Part shown: one piece after another, positions 39,000-51,831 of the stretch
Numbering within the stretch: position 1 is the stretch's first letter
Layout of the letters: every line of letters begins with the position of its first letter
From: Chiloscyllium plagiosum
Taxonomy: Eukaryota
Assembly (NCBI RefSeq): GCF_004010195.1
Contig: NC_057719.1
Span: forward strand, 32,899,931 to 32,961,517
Reading direction: 5' to 3'
DNA: 61,587 bases
Program-made: the position numbers and the translations under genes
The notes under the pieces: generated by a model
Database searches by the model: none
Told to the model about the DNA's origin: nothing
Seen by the model: the letters and a program-made list of their open reading frames with translations, nothing else

Positions 39000-40235
39000 T
39001 CCAAGCCCTTATCCCCTTGTCATTGTGCCTTTGATGTCAAAGACTTATAGCGACAGCAATAAAGTGCAAGTCCATGCACAAATCTGCAGACTCTGATATC
39101 CCGCTGGATGTTCTGTGTCTCTAAGGTGGTCACCAACCAATCATAGAGCCAGCCAGATGCATACAATCCAGAACCAGCATGGTGCAAATATCATTGGTGT
39201 GCTCCTCCATCCTTGAATCCAGTTTATCAATGGCTTCTGACAAAATATCCTGATATTCTTGTGCCTATCTGTACATGTCAGCAAAGTCATTAATGGCCTA
39301 CAACATGGGATCATCTTCTGCCTGAAGCTTAGTAGGTACGTCACCTCCCGTAGTTCTTGGAGGGTCAGAGAAGTGGGCATTCTTCCTCAACCAGCTGTGG
39401 AAACATGGCAGGGATATTCTCAGCAGATTGTGTTCCTGAATCTAGTCTAGAAAACACACCCACCAATGTGAAAGTCTCTGAGCTGGTGGATGGTCTGCGT
39501 GAAAGCCTTGACATTGTATCTCTGAGGATTCAGTCGCTTCCTCGGAGGAGGAGGAGGTGGAGCGGAGGGTCTCCGGTGCTGGTCCCTTCTTGCCGGCCCT
39601 ACATTAGGTGTCACTCGTGCCAGCATGGGTAAAGCAAGAGAATTAGTTGTCTAAGTGAGATAAACCTTGTGTAGGTTAAGAATGAGTTAACCTGGATGAG
39701 AATGGGAGAGTACCACAACTCAACACCATGAAGCTTAACTGGTTAGCTGCCTTTGAGGTCTCCACATCCTCACGTGAGCACCTGCACCCTTCTCCAACCA
39801 ATTTCCCTCATAGCACATGTGCATCGTGAGGTCTGCTATTCCTCCATTGGTTTCGAACCTGTTGGCCTTGATACTGGCCAAGCTTTTCTGTCAGAAGACA
39901 AAGATAGAGTTTGAGCTTTGGAACTCAAAGGAAGAGCAGTTAATAGTGACACAGGAACAGGCAGGTGATAAAATGATAAAGTGAGTGAGTAGCAAGCACA
40001 GAGGGCAGGTAGGGTTAGTACTTTGGAAGCATAAGGTGGGGAAGAACTATTGAGTGGATATGCTGTGTGCAATATGAAAGTGTAGTCTGTGAGCCCTGGT
40101 GAGAAACAGGTTAGAGATAGTGTGAGTGGTACTCCTAGGAGTGTGAGGTTGCAGAAAAAAAGATGGTGGCACTTACTTTTGTGGAGTGCAGAAGATCACT
40201 GACCCTTCTCCTGCACTGCTATGTGATCTGTTTAA
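39000..40235 (-). pseudogene. Decayed spliced Harbinger-type Myb/SANT gene
   Basis: QCRRRVSDLLHSTK|gtaagt (about 40170-40220), and after an acceptor near 39890 KSLASIKANRFETNGGIADL. Confidence 0.5.
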
Positions 40236-40619
40236 CTGGTGATTTGTCCTCCTTTGCCAGTCAGTAGGATAAAGTGCTGCTCACGTTGTTCACGAGCACT
40301 TCCATGTCTCAGTGGGTAAGGTGAGGAAATACCTTGTCTTTCTGGGCAAGGTGATCATTGAGAATGGTGGAGACAGGTCCTGCCTGCCAGTGTGCAGATG
40401 GGCTTCAAACATGGTACCAGCACCTTGAGTGAAGCAAGGTCCTTGCAGTGGCCAGTACCTTCTGCCAAGAGAAAGGCGATGTGGCATCCAGACGCATAAC
40501 TATCAAGGTGACAGGCAGAGACTGCATGAGAAAAGTCACTCCGAGCCACGGTGGATTGGGTACCATGAACCTTATTTGATGAAACATTTTAACATAAGAT
40601 GGGGGAAATTAACAGTTCC

Positions 40620-40990
40620 AAGATCATCAAAGCACTTTATAATGAATCAATTCCTCATAAGACACCATTATAATAACATAGCAAACATGGGTGCCAATTT
40701 GTGCACAATCAGCTCCTATTCCCAGTTATAATGGAAGTGACCAGATGAGTTGGTTTTAGTAGTTTTGGGTCAGGTATAAACATTAGGCCAAATTCCTTGG
40801 GTCTTCTTCAATTAATGCCCTGGGTCTTACAATGACCCTAGAGCCTCAGCTTAAAATCTCAAATAAACCATCTCTGAAAGTGTAACAATTCTTAGGTACT
40901 GCAAGTATCAGTCATGATACTCAAGGCTGTAGAATGAGTCTGGAATCAATGATCATTTGGCTTAGAGGTGAGTATAACATAGCTGAACAT
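40620..40990 (-). mobile_element. Ancient Deu-domain SINE (SacSINE1/AmnSINE1-like), degenerate
   Basis: Collinear blocks CAAAGCACTTTA, GCCAATTTGTGCACA, TGACCAGAT...GTTTTAGT, TCTTCTTCAA...TGCCCTGGG, GCCTCAGCTTAA and GTACTGCA match the recalled reverse-complement Deu-SINE layout. Confidence 0.6.
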
Positions 40991-41189
40991 CTTGATGCAT
41001 ATGATCACAATGAGAGAAAATGTTTATCCGTCAGTCAACAAGTCTTTAATATGTCTGGCTGGTCTCTGTGAATCTCTGTCTAACTAATATTCTCTCAACT
41101 GCAACTCTATTCTCTGTCTGTGCTATCGAGACAAAATAGCATCAAGTCCACCCACAAAAGAGTTGGTTTGTCATACTCAGTCTCGACTT

Positions 41190-42090
41190 GTTAAAGCAAT
41201 CTGTTATTATACACCTCTGGAGCAGGTGGGACCCAAAGCTGGCCTCCTACCACAGAGGTAGGGAAAAGTGCCCCTATGCTGCATTCTCTTTCAATATTTC
41301 TTCTTCTTCTATTTTTTTTTATATCCAGTATTGTTTTCATGCAAAACTGGAGATCTTTTTTCCAACACCAAATTATCAGTGCTTTTTTTTTTATTTATCC
41401 TCCACCATCAAAACACCTCTGCTTTCCAGTTAAAACATCAATTAACGGATACAGCTCATCAGAAGTGTTGCAATAACATCAAAGTTGAGGGACAAAGGAA
41501 ATAATGTGGGGATCAAATCAAAATGGAATTGGAAGGGGAAAGAAAGGCACTCCATCCCTTGAGGTGCCCTCTCTCTCGAATAACATCGAGAATAATGGAC
41601 ACGCATGTAGAAATACAGCCATGACAGAGGAAGGGTAGTTGGGAACTACGACCCCCTCCTTGGCACATTGCCTCGACCTGTTGACAGCCATGTCCAGGAG
41701 CAGACTCATAAAAACCATTCTCACTCAGATATTTTTAACCAATCTCTTTAGCAATATTATGACACACCTCTGAGGTTGATGGGATTCGAACTTGGGCCTC
41801 CTGTCGCTAGCAATATACCACACGAGTGGGTTCAAATACATGGCCGAACTCACATTATAAATTGGTATTAAGATATTTTTAGATATTAAGACATTACTAA
41901 GATGTTGAACCTGAGTGTTCTAGACCAAAGGTAGGGACAGTACCAGTGTACCACAAGAGCTCCACAATTCTCATACTAGGTATTTTCTAATCAACCTGCT
42001 CTGAAATAATACACATCTCTGGAGCAGGCGGGACTTGAGCCGGGTTCTCTTGGTTTAGAGGTAGGACTTTACTACCACTGCATGACCAAA
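41190..42090 (-). repeat. Cluster of about 4 degenerate tRNA-like repeat units
   Basis: Units near 41205, 41755, 41900 and 42005 share ACACCTCTGGAGCAGGTGGGAC(TTGAA)CC...AGAGGTAGGGAC..TACCA. Confidence 0.6.
41290..41710 (-). mobile_element. Tx1-like non-LTR retrotransposon 3' remnant
   Basis: LLLDMAVNRSRQCAKEGVV resembles the Tx1 ORF2 C-terminus as I recall it. It is followed by a 3' UTR and A-rich tracts. GGGATCAAATCAAAATGGA matches the edge of the 57428-57771 insert. Confidence 0.55.
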
Positions 42091-43022
42091 ACATTATCCT
42101 CCATTCTCACTCTATACTCCTACATTAGCTCATTGTGAAGCACTTTTGTATTGTCAGCTTCTGTTCACAGGGGAACTGGATTAACATCATCTAAATGCAT
42201 TTCACAGCAAACATTTAACTAGCTGAGAGAAGAACTTGCTCATTTATTGCTTAATATGCATGGTATTGGGACTTGAAGGCAAGCCAAAAGGTTAAAGACA
42301 GAACCCAATACACTATGAAATTCTGTGACAAAATTAAACTCACATACCAGTCTACCTTTGAATGAATCTACTAATTTTCTACAAAATTACATTAGCGTAA
42401 TTTTCATTAGAGTAGGATCCATTCATCTGTGTTTTATTTAATTCTTCATCTTTTTTCAAAGAGCTTGCATTTTGGCTAATATTTCTCAAGATGACGGAAA
42501 ATCACTGTTAATGACAGCAAATTTCATCCAGTGACTGAATCATGCAAAGCGACAATACAAATGGCTATGGGCAAACATCTTTTGAATGTATTTACATATC
42601 TTTATTGCTTGACATAGGCTTCAGAAGCTATTTAAAGAAACTTGCCACAAGCACAATCAAGACAATTATAAGAAGCGCTCACTTGTTTGAACCTATTCTT
42701 CGGTGAGTTAAAACAAAGTCAATGTATTATCCTGTGACTAGTTGCTGCCAACATGGTAATTATTTTATAGTGACAATGATTTTATTTACCATTGTATGAA
42801 TAAAAAGTCATATTCCTTCTTTGACAATGTCTGAAATAATGAATCATGTGGAGACACTGCATCTTTCAACTGACTCATTAAACCACTGTCACAGCACAAC
42901 TGGTCAAATTAGTGCCTGTTATAACCAAATGACGGTTCATTGTGCCTTCAAGTGATAATCCTTGAGGAACAGCCAAACTATTTCTCTGGGAGGGAGAGAT
43001 GGAGGTGATTAAATTTCCATAC

Positions 43023-43171
43023 CTGCCTGATCCCCAAACGATATGCAAGGATACGGTCAACAGCATTTGGGTTCATCTGAGTCCACTGCAACATGTAGGA
43101 GTACACGCGTGCTCGGTTTTGCCAGAGTGGGTTTGGTGTATCATAATAGAATTCAGGAGGGTAAGCTTTAC
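43023..43171 (-). CDS. MDGA2: Internal coding exon (149 nt, phase 1 to phase 0) of MAM domain-containing GPI anchor protein 2, start of the FnIII-like region
   Basis: Minus strand reads tttttttttgttccag|GT AAA GCT TAC CCT...ATC AGG CAG|gtatgg, translating to (G)[49 protein letters not shown] with no stop and canonical splice sites. This closely matches the vertebrate MDGA2 peptide as I recall it ([50 protein letters not shown]). The ORF track misses this frame. Confidence 0.95.
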
Positions 43172-46100
43172 CTGGAACAAAAAAAAATATGAGCTACTGA
43201 ACCACGAAGTGCACAGAGCATTAAAATAGAATGATCTGTTCATAATGTACTTTCCCCATGATAAGCAATGCTGACACTCCATGAACAATAATGGAATACA
43301 TAAGAGGATACATTGCAAGCAGCTTCAGAAATCAGTAATTCAAATGAGTGCAAGGTGACATTAACAATGCATTGAAATCCATGAGACTCATTATGAATGA
43401 TACAATTTTTTCCACTAGGAAGGCAGTTTTGTTTCTTGAGGTCACATAATCTCAAGATTATGAGAAACAGAACATTCAGAACATGTAACTGAACTCAAAT
43501 TTAACAAAGCATGATTTCATTTATAGAAATAGATCATTAAGGACCATTTAAAACAAAAGGGTTTTGTGCAATAATCTTAGGATATCAAAATACTGAATAA
43601 ACAAATCAAAATTTCACAGAAAATGGATTCTCAAATGATGGTTTCTTTCGAAGTTTATACGGTGGAATTTTGCGCATTGAGCCCTTATTTAAAGTTACCT
43701 TGTCTAATGTTGATTTACTTTACCTTTGGTAAATTAATGGAGTTTACAAACTCATTAAGTATTGCTGAGAATTGTTTGAACATAACCTGATTGGTGCCTC
43801 TCCTATTCCCTAACCTCTTGCTTTCCTCCAACCTAAAGATGAAGCTTCTTTGGCACTCCAGACCTCCATGTTTTGGTCTCTCCACACTCCTGATGTTCAA
43901 ATTGCGAACTCACCTTCTCTCTGCCATTTAACTTGATGCCTCTCCCTATTCTCCATCTTCTGAATTCCAGCATTTTACCACTTCCTGACCTCTTTGTTGG
44001 GACCTCTGTTTCCTCAGCTCACCCAGAAGCAGCTTTCCTCAAGTGCTCTTGAGTTTCCGCTCGAGATCCAGATTCAGTCTAAAGCTGAAGTTCTGATATT
44101 ATGGAGATGAGATCCCTGGGGGTTCAGAAGTGCTCAGTCTTTGATAATTCATGTATTTTTAAAATAACTTTCAAAGCTGTTTCTGTCCTCGTTGCCTTTC
44201 TCTCATGGATTCAGGAGAGGGAGGCCAAGAGTGGGAATATTTAGAAACAGCAAGGATTGGCAAATCCCCAGCAGTTCTGAATCATTACATCAGCACTTCT
44301 ACATCAGAATGGATTGAATCTGGGTTTTGAACAGAAATGAAAGACCAGAAGAGGGAAGTGATGAGAGGGTGGACTGGAAGGGAGAGGGAGAGAGACCGCA
44401 CAGGGAGCAGGAGACTAGAGAAGCAGGATTACTATTGGGAATGAGATATGGTAGGTAGCAAGATACATTTCTCTTTTTAAACATTTTAGTTTAAAGGTTA
44501 CTTCATTTATGAATAGGTGAATTTAGAATATAAAATATTTCAATAGAGTCATCTGATGTTCTTTTCAATCATCTACACTGAAGAAACATTGGGCAGGCTG
44601 TACTATGGGAACATCATCCTCCTGTCTCATTCTCCTCACAGTACTCAATCCAGGATGTTTTAGGTACAGATAGTGAAGACCAAATTTTATTTGTACTAGT
44701 TTCAAGGGATTATTCCCACCATTCGTCACTTGGGCAGTGACCTGATTGAGCAGATAGAGCACCCTTTATAAGAACATCTGTAAAAAACTGGTGATACATT
44801 CCACCAAGTGACTGCCCCGATAATTAAATTGAAAATTATCACTACCCATAACACAACAAACTGTAAGGGTAAGAAACAATTATAATAAAACTGGAGCGAG
44901 ATTGAACATATGCTGACTGTACAAAAAAAAACAATTTCAGTGTTTAGGAAGATTGAAACTATTCATTTCAACATCCAGATGGACTTAAAGAGATGGGTAG
45001 AATATGTGTTCTGATGTCCTATATTATCAAATCTCCTGACCTGGACACTCTACTCTTCATATTGCATTTAGTATCTCAAAAAATAACCAGTTAACATCCA
45101 AATCAGTTAGGATGGCTGGTTTTATGATTGATTTTAAAAATTTGCATGAATACAATTTGCAGGTTACTCACCAAAATTCAAAGAATTGATCTAATTCACA
45201 TAATTAAAGGAATGTCTAGACAAGTGAAATACAGCCACATAGAGAAATATAATTGTCGTGTGTGACATGCTAAACAGAAGAATGATTCCCAAGATGTTAA
45301 GTTGCTGCACTGAATGTTGATATGAAGGTGATGAGAATGAAGGTGCGGCATTATTAATAATTTAGTTTAGGATTTGTTTTGACACTTACTAATCCTTGAC
45401 ATTATTTATAAGGGATATTTTTGTTTTAACATTAAGGAATTAAAATTAAATAAGGAAAATGTCATGAAAAGACATTACCAAATTTCATAGAATTAATTAA
45501 AATAGCAATTCACTAGAACCGTTAAAGAAGTTTCACTGACTGACAATACAAGTGATCCTTTCTCCACAAGATGCTGTTGGGTAGAGTTTGTGCATGGTTA
45601 GTTCCCCACTAGTTCTAAAGCAAGATCTTAAAACCTGCCCTGAAGTGATATGGACATTATATCCATAAAACAGGAAGCAGAACTTGTCTGTCTTAATGAT
45701 GACTCCTGTTTGTGGATTATAAAGTGGCCAACTCTCAGGGAAGATTAGATTGCTGTTATTCGTGGCTGTTATTGAGACTATCATTTACACCTGATTTGCT
45801 AAATTCCTCCACTGTACATCAACATGACAGGACGCATCTCCAGTTGTATTTTGGACAGTCTTGTAATGTGACAAATTCTGGCAACAATACTGACTATCCC
45901 CATCTGTTCAAGGTTTGGAATATTCTGGCTGTTTTCACAACTAAGTCTGTAAAGTTCAAAGACATGTTGACTGCCAAAAGTACCTTACTCCTGATATAGG
46001 TCAAATGAATTACAGACAGAAATGAGTAATAAACAGCTTGGTCCATTTCCTATATGATCACTAATTGGCTGAGTTGTCAAGTCAAATCACAATGTTTTAA

Positions 46101-47430
46101 ACCAGAGATGCCACTTGGCTGCAGTCAACATCAAAATGTCATGGTTCCTGTTGTATTACAAGACAGCAGCATAAATCTTGGGATATCACAAGAGAGGTCC
46201 CTCCTGTGGGTGCTGATCATTATATTGTTTATAAGATCATTTTGACAACTTCTGTACAAATTGCACTCTATTTGCTAGTTAGAAGAGAATAATTTTCCAG
46301 TGGATTGCCACCTCCTATCATCCTAAATGCTGGGATAAGTAATCACTAAACACTCACAGAAGTGTTATCAATGCAGAACAAATCCTCGGCATTAGAGTTT
46401 CCTTCACAAATTAGTCACAATTCTGAGGCACGTAAATAAATGCAGCAAGTTACATGCTTCACACAGGCCACAAGAGACAAACTGTCTGGTCTTTAATTTG
46501 AGTCTGCTACCTTGACACTCTTGCTGTTTTGAACCATTAATGTGCTTTAGACTCAATTCCCTCTTTTCATAGCTGTGGCTGGACCTACTGCTGCCCAAAT
46601 ATCAATCCAAAATCAACTGCCAGTCTCAGATAGACAAACATGTGCATTAACTGCTAAAAGAAATAGTTGGTGAATGCAGGGAAATACTGGAGCTCCACTT
46701 TGAGCTGTACTAGACAAGTTAGATAGTATGTACAATTCACAAGTGCTATTAATTGCTCCTTCTGGAGCAAGAATTTAAAGTTAAAATCAAATTCTGGTGG
46801 ATCGAATGCAATTAGTTTTTATTGCTATCCTTCTGCAGCCATTCCTGATAATTTAAAGTCAATTCTGCACTTAAGAAATTAAATCACATCATCATTCAAA
46901 TTAACCAAAAAACATTGCACAGCGTAACAATAATTTACTAATATATTTATTTCACAACTTAAATGAAGTGATTGAATAACTGGAATCCATATTTATTCAT
47001 TTGTCCAGCTTAATTTTGCTTTATCATAAACAATAAAATAAGATGGATGTAAGGATTTAAGCACACTTGCAGCTGGTTTGTGTTGATTACAATGTACCCA
47101 TCTAAAAAGTAAATGCCAATTAGTTCACATTTCAAGACAATCAAAAATATTTATTACACTGTTTTGAGCCATATCCCTCACAAAGCTTTGTCAAAATCCT
47201 TTCAGATTTCGTTCTGAGACTCTTAACATTTCCAACCGGGAGAAGTGCCAGAAATGTGTCATTCTAACAGCATGCAAGATACTAAATCATATGAAAAGGT
47301 AAATTGGGCAAATTAGTTCTAACTAGATTGAAAGTATGACAAGGTGACTAAGATTCATGTTAGCAAAAGGAAAATTAAGGGCAGATATCAGCAAGTCATT
47401 TTAACATCCAAACCTAATTTTCTTGTACTC

Positions 47431-47797
47431 TTTCTTTTATTCATTGATAGGATGAGGGTGTCGCTGACTAGGTCAGCATTTACTGCCCATCCCTAATTGC
47501 CTGGTAGGCAGTTAAGATCAACCACATTGCTGTGGGTCTGGAGTCACATGTAGGTCAGATCAGGTAAGAATGGTAGTTCCCTTCCCTAAATGATGTTAGG
47601 GAACCAGATGGATTTTTTTCCAATAATTGATAATGAATTTTGGTCATCAGAAGACTCTTCAATCCAGGTTTTCTATTTTTCATGGATTTCAAATTCCACT
47701 GTCTACCATGGTTGGATTTAAACCAGGTTCCCAGAACATTACCTGGATTTCTGAATTTAAAAAGTCCAACAATAATACCACTAGGCCATCACCTCCC
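47431..47797 (-). mobile_element. tRNA-derived SINE, second family
   Basis: Homologous to 26875-27228 over its whole length. Confidence 0.82.
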
Positions 47798-50300
47798 ATG
47801 TTCTCATGATTTTCCTTTCCTACTTTCTTCCAAGATTTCTTTTGATTGAGATAGTGGCAACACAATTTGGTGTTGCATCCAATGCCACCCAGTCCTCCAT
47901 GGAGGGTAAATTTTTGAAAGTCGAGAACATCCAAACCAATTTGATTCCTTCCACCGAACAACCTTATTTAGAACTTGTAATACTAACTGTTCCTACTTCT
48001 TTGGATTAATTGTAATTCTAAACTCCAGAGGCTATTTCATAGCGAAAACGAAAACGTGGTCCCTCAATTGTACAGCAGCTGAGTGTGCTAAAATTTATAC
48101 TAACAAAAAATGTAGGATCACGAGCCAAGTTCACAATGTGGCTCACGTACACGTTAGAAGTCATGTATGTTCATATGCAGGGGCCTGTTCTCTGCATAAA
48201 CAAGGAGTATATCTCAGCATTGTGCCCTGTTTGAAATAAACAAAAGCACAGAGGACAACTGGAGCGAAAGACTATTAAATATTAAAGACCAGAGAGATTT
48301 GTGTGTCCTCCTACACAAACAAGTTGGCAGGCAGGTAGGAAGGCAAATGGCATTTTATTGCAAAGACAAGATTAAATCATCTGTATGTACAACATTAGAA
48401 ATGATAGCAAAGATGATCACAGCAAGCTGTACAAACTATTGTTACTATATTTTTGTTGGTGCATGAAAGCAACTGGATTCACTTTGAATGGGATATAACA
48501 ATGATTTTTTTCTGCAGTAGTTTTTTTAGGTGATATTAAGTTATTCGATTCAATAGGTTGCTTGCAGCATACGTACTGGTTATTTTCAAAAACTGTCCGC
48601 CACTATTGTAACATACTTTTATTGTCCTTTAGTGAGGTACCTACTTTCGCAAAGGTCTTTCTGCATGTTCCACCTCGAAGAAGAAGCTGGAACCCTGTAG
48701 AAACCTCAGGGGGTCACACAACATTAGAATGCTAATATCCAACTCACTTTATAGCTCTCCAGCTACAATGAAACAAGAGAAGACGGGAATAAACTTCAGA
48801 CAAGCTTGGCTCTGATTCCGAATTAACTAACTGGATTTATTGAGAAACATTAACCAAGGAAGAGATGTATGACACTGTCCAAAATGGCCCTTACCCTGCT
48901 ACTGTCAGAAATAAATATAACCAGTCTGTATTTGCCCATTATCAATAGCTTGTTTCAATGCTTCCTTCCAGGTGTTTCCTCAGTCTAGTTCCATTGTTCC
49001 TATAGATCATTACTTTGGGCTCAATATTAAATGTTTCAACCTAGTGAGAAGTCTCAGAGAGTTGTTAAAGACAAAAAAACAGGAATTGGTCAAGCCGTTT
49101 AATCCCATTTCCATTCTGAGATGTTCCCATTGTAACTTGCTCCTCTGAGCTGGGAATAAAGGAAGAAAGCAGGGATCCAGTTTTATTAGGTCTAACTATG
49201 TCATCTAATCTCCAAACTCAACCTGAGGCCTGAACAGTAAAAGTTCTAGGGCAGGAGGGGATGAGAATTCTGCTCCGACCAATATGGAACCTGCCAACAG
49301 GTTCATGCTAGGACAGAATTGGCTCAGCAAGGAGGTTTGAAATGTATTTTTTAAGTTTCCTTGCAGGTCAGGAACATCCTTCCAGGTCACACTGAGAATC
49401 CTTTAGTTTCCTTTGAACCAAACTATCACACTTGCTGCCAGATATGGGAACCCATGAACACCAGCTGCACTGCCGTTGTTTGCATCATCTAAATAAGGAC
49501 TTAGTCACATGTTGCACACTGAAAGAAACTTTAATATTAAAGAATATAGGACAGAATCTTAAAGAGTTGGAGTGACATGGGCTAAAACGAGATAAATTGC
49601 AGAATTGGCTGAGAAACATTGTGAGGCCCAAAATGACGTTGAGATAATATTGCCCCATCTTTTACGCTTTTCACAAGTTGTATGGTGAAATGCTCACCAG
49701 GCAGATGCAACGTGCCAATTGACAATGATTAGCATTTATTAAGGTCTTTATTATCAGCACAATTCACATTCTGATTGCAATCTTATCAAATACGCCCAAC
49801 AAACTAGACGTTGGAAAAGAGTCGATATGGAAACTAGAGCAGGTGTTTGGTTGCTCCTACCCCACCCACTCTCATTGACACCTCATATCCTCCATACCAA
49901 ACCGTGACACGTCCATGCCTATTCGACAGTTATAAGTCTCCGGAGAATGAATGAATCCTATAATGATAATAGAATATACAATAAAAGACCTTTTTATTAT
50001 ATCTCCTTTGTCTGTTTCTGTGCTGTTTACCTCTATGATTCCAGAATCATCCAGGCTTTTTATATTATCAATAGTAAACATAGTAAGTACTTAAAATGTA
50101 TTTATTTTGTATAAATAAACATTGTGCAACACACAGCTGAGATCAAAGGGCCAGAGCTGTCAAGCAAAACAAGTTTGCCCTGAGGTTCAGCTGTTTCACC
50201 ACTCTAATGGGTGTCTGGTGATCTCATCTCACCACTTGCTCCAGAGACTGTTGTGTTGGATACTGGAGGCCAACATTTCAGGGCAGACTTGAATGGATAC

Positions 50301-50528
50301 TCTAGTGATTGTAACAAGTTGGGCTTCATAGAATATGAGTTCCCTGATTGGGATTGATAATCTGGTTCAGTAAGGGACAACTGGCTGACAGATATAAACA
50401 GGAGTGTCAGACATCCCTGTTCTCTCTGACAGCTGGCTCTGCTATACCTGGGTCAGTGTCCAGGACTCTCTAATTTTAAATAAAAGTTAATTGGTGATGG
50501 GATACCAGTCTCTGTGGGGGTTTTTTCA
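50301..50528 (+). mobile_element. Solo LTR of the Gypsy family found at 57303-60655
   Basis: Matches the reverse complement of 57303-57888 (TAGTGATTGTAA, ATGAGTTCCCTGATTGGG, CTGGCTGACAGATA..AACAGGAGTGTC, TTGGTGATGGGATAC). Flanked by GATAC/GGTAC. Confidence 0.8.
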
Positions 50529-51831
50529 GGTACTCGTCACACTCAACCCATGTCCAAATGTATTGACATCAGATGTGTGCCAGCATCTATGAACCCCCAT
50601 GACACATCACCCTATTTCCACTTACAGGCTGTGTTTCCAATTCAATGTTACACCCTGGGGTGCAACAGCAACTGCCATTTTAAGGCTGCTACAAGGGATA
50701 ATGCTACGCTCAGGGATACATACCCAGCTCATGGATGGGACCAGACCAGATCTCTAGGCTTTTCACTCACTACCATAATGCTCATGTGCTCATTTTAAGC
50801 TGACCTGGATGGTCACAGCATCCCTGCCTTTCATTGCCTTTTTGTGCCTTTTGTCCTCAGCTAGAGATACCAGGTTCACATGACTGCTGCACTGACCATT
50901 TGTTAGTGCAGACACAAAGGCAGGATGCATGTCGTGGTTGGCTGCAGTCTTCATTCAAGTCAAGGAACAGCATTTTGGTCAGGGGCTTCCAGTACAGTAA
51001 CGCAAGGGTCTTTAGCATAATTAATCATGTGTTCAGGGCAGTCACAAAAGGATAATCTACTCATAAAGGGTGAAGAGATGAAAGTTGGCAGCCAACTAGC
51101 TGTCTTGCCTCTTTTTGCCCCTATTGTGGGTTGTTTCACTCCTGGAATGAGGGAAGAGCAGGTAAGAGGGAAGATGAAAGTGGACAACGCAACTATAATT
51201 TTTGGTACAGATGGGGAGTTGTCCCAAGCCAGTGATTTGGCAGTGCAGAGGTATGCAGAGTTAGTGCTATCAATGGTTGGGGTAGTGAGAGCGAATGTGA
51301 AAGATGTTCCCAGCAATAGTGAGAGTATTAGCATGAGTCTTGGTGGGACATTGATACAGCAGCAGAGATATCAGAGAGAAGTGTTATGGACCAGACCACT
51401 CAAAACATTCTTAAGCAGGCAGCCCAGACCATAACTTTGCAATTTGTTTCGGTAAGCGACAGTGAAAATTATTCAGATTAAATTAGCGAGGTTGACTACT
51501 AGGTTTTAAAACAGACAAAAAATTATTCACAAAATTACACAATGAAACACAAAGATCAGAATAAAGAACCCCTACAGAACTCAGTCTATCCAAACTAGAC
51601 TTAATTATGCTATTCCAAATATACACAACAATCCCAATAAGCAACCCCCCCAAAAAAAACCAGTAAAAATGGAATAAATGTTTCCAGTTTGAAGTTAGAA
51701 GGGCAAAAGGAGAGAGAGAGCCTGTTTCTACACAGCTGAACTCCTAACTAGTTCTGGACTGAACTGCTGAGCTAGAGAGCTGACCACTTCCCTTTCATTT
51801 ACAGGTCACTTCTAAAATGTGACTTCTAAAA

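Noticed and set aside
12358..42090. tRNA-like sequences as tRNA genes
   Set aside because: They are SINE heads or degenerate units, and I could not build a complete cloverleaf.
43073..43318. 81-aa minus-strand ORF overlapping the exon
   Set aside because: It is in a different frame from the MDGA2 peptide and runs into the intron.
49872..50081. AT-rich 69-aa ORF as a foreign insert
   Set aside because: No recognisable motif or boundary signature; consistent with chance.
50960..51434. Overlapping 124-aa and 135-aa ORFs
   Set aside because: Explained by the Myb/SANT remnant, its intron and the LTR start; there is no coherent protein.
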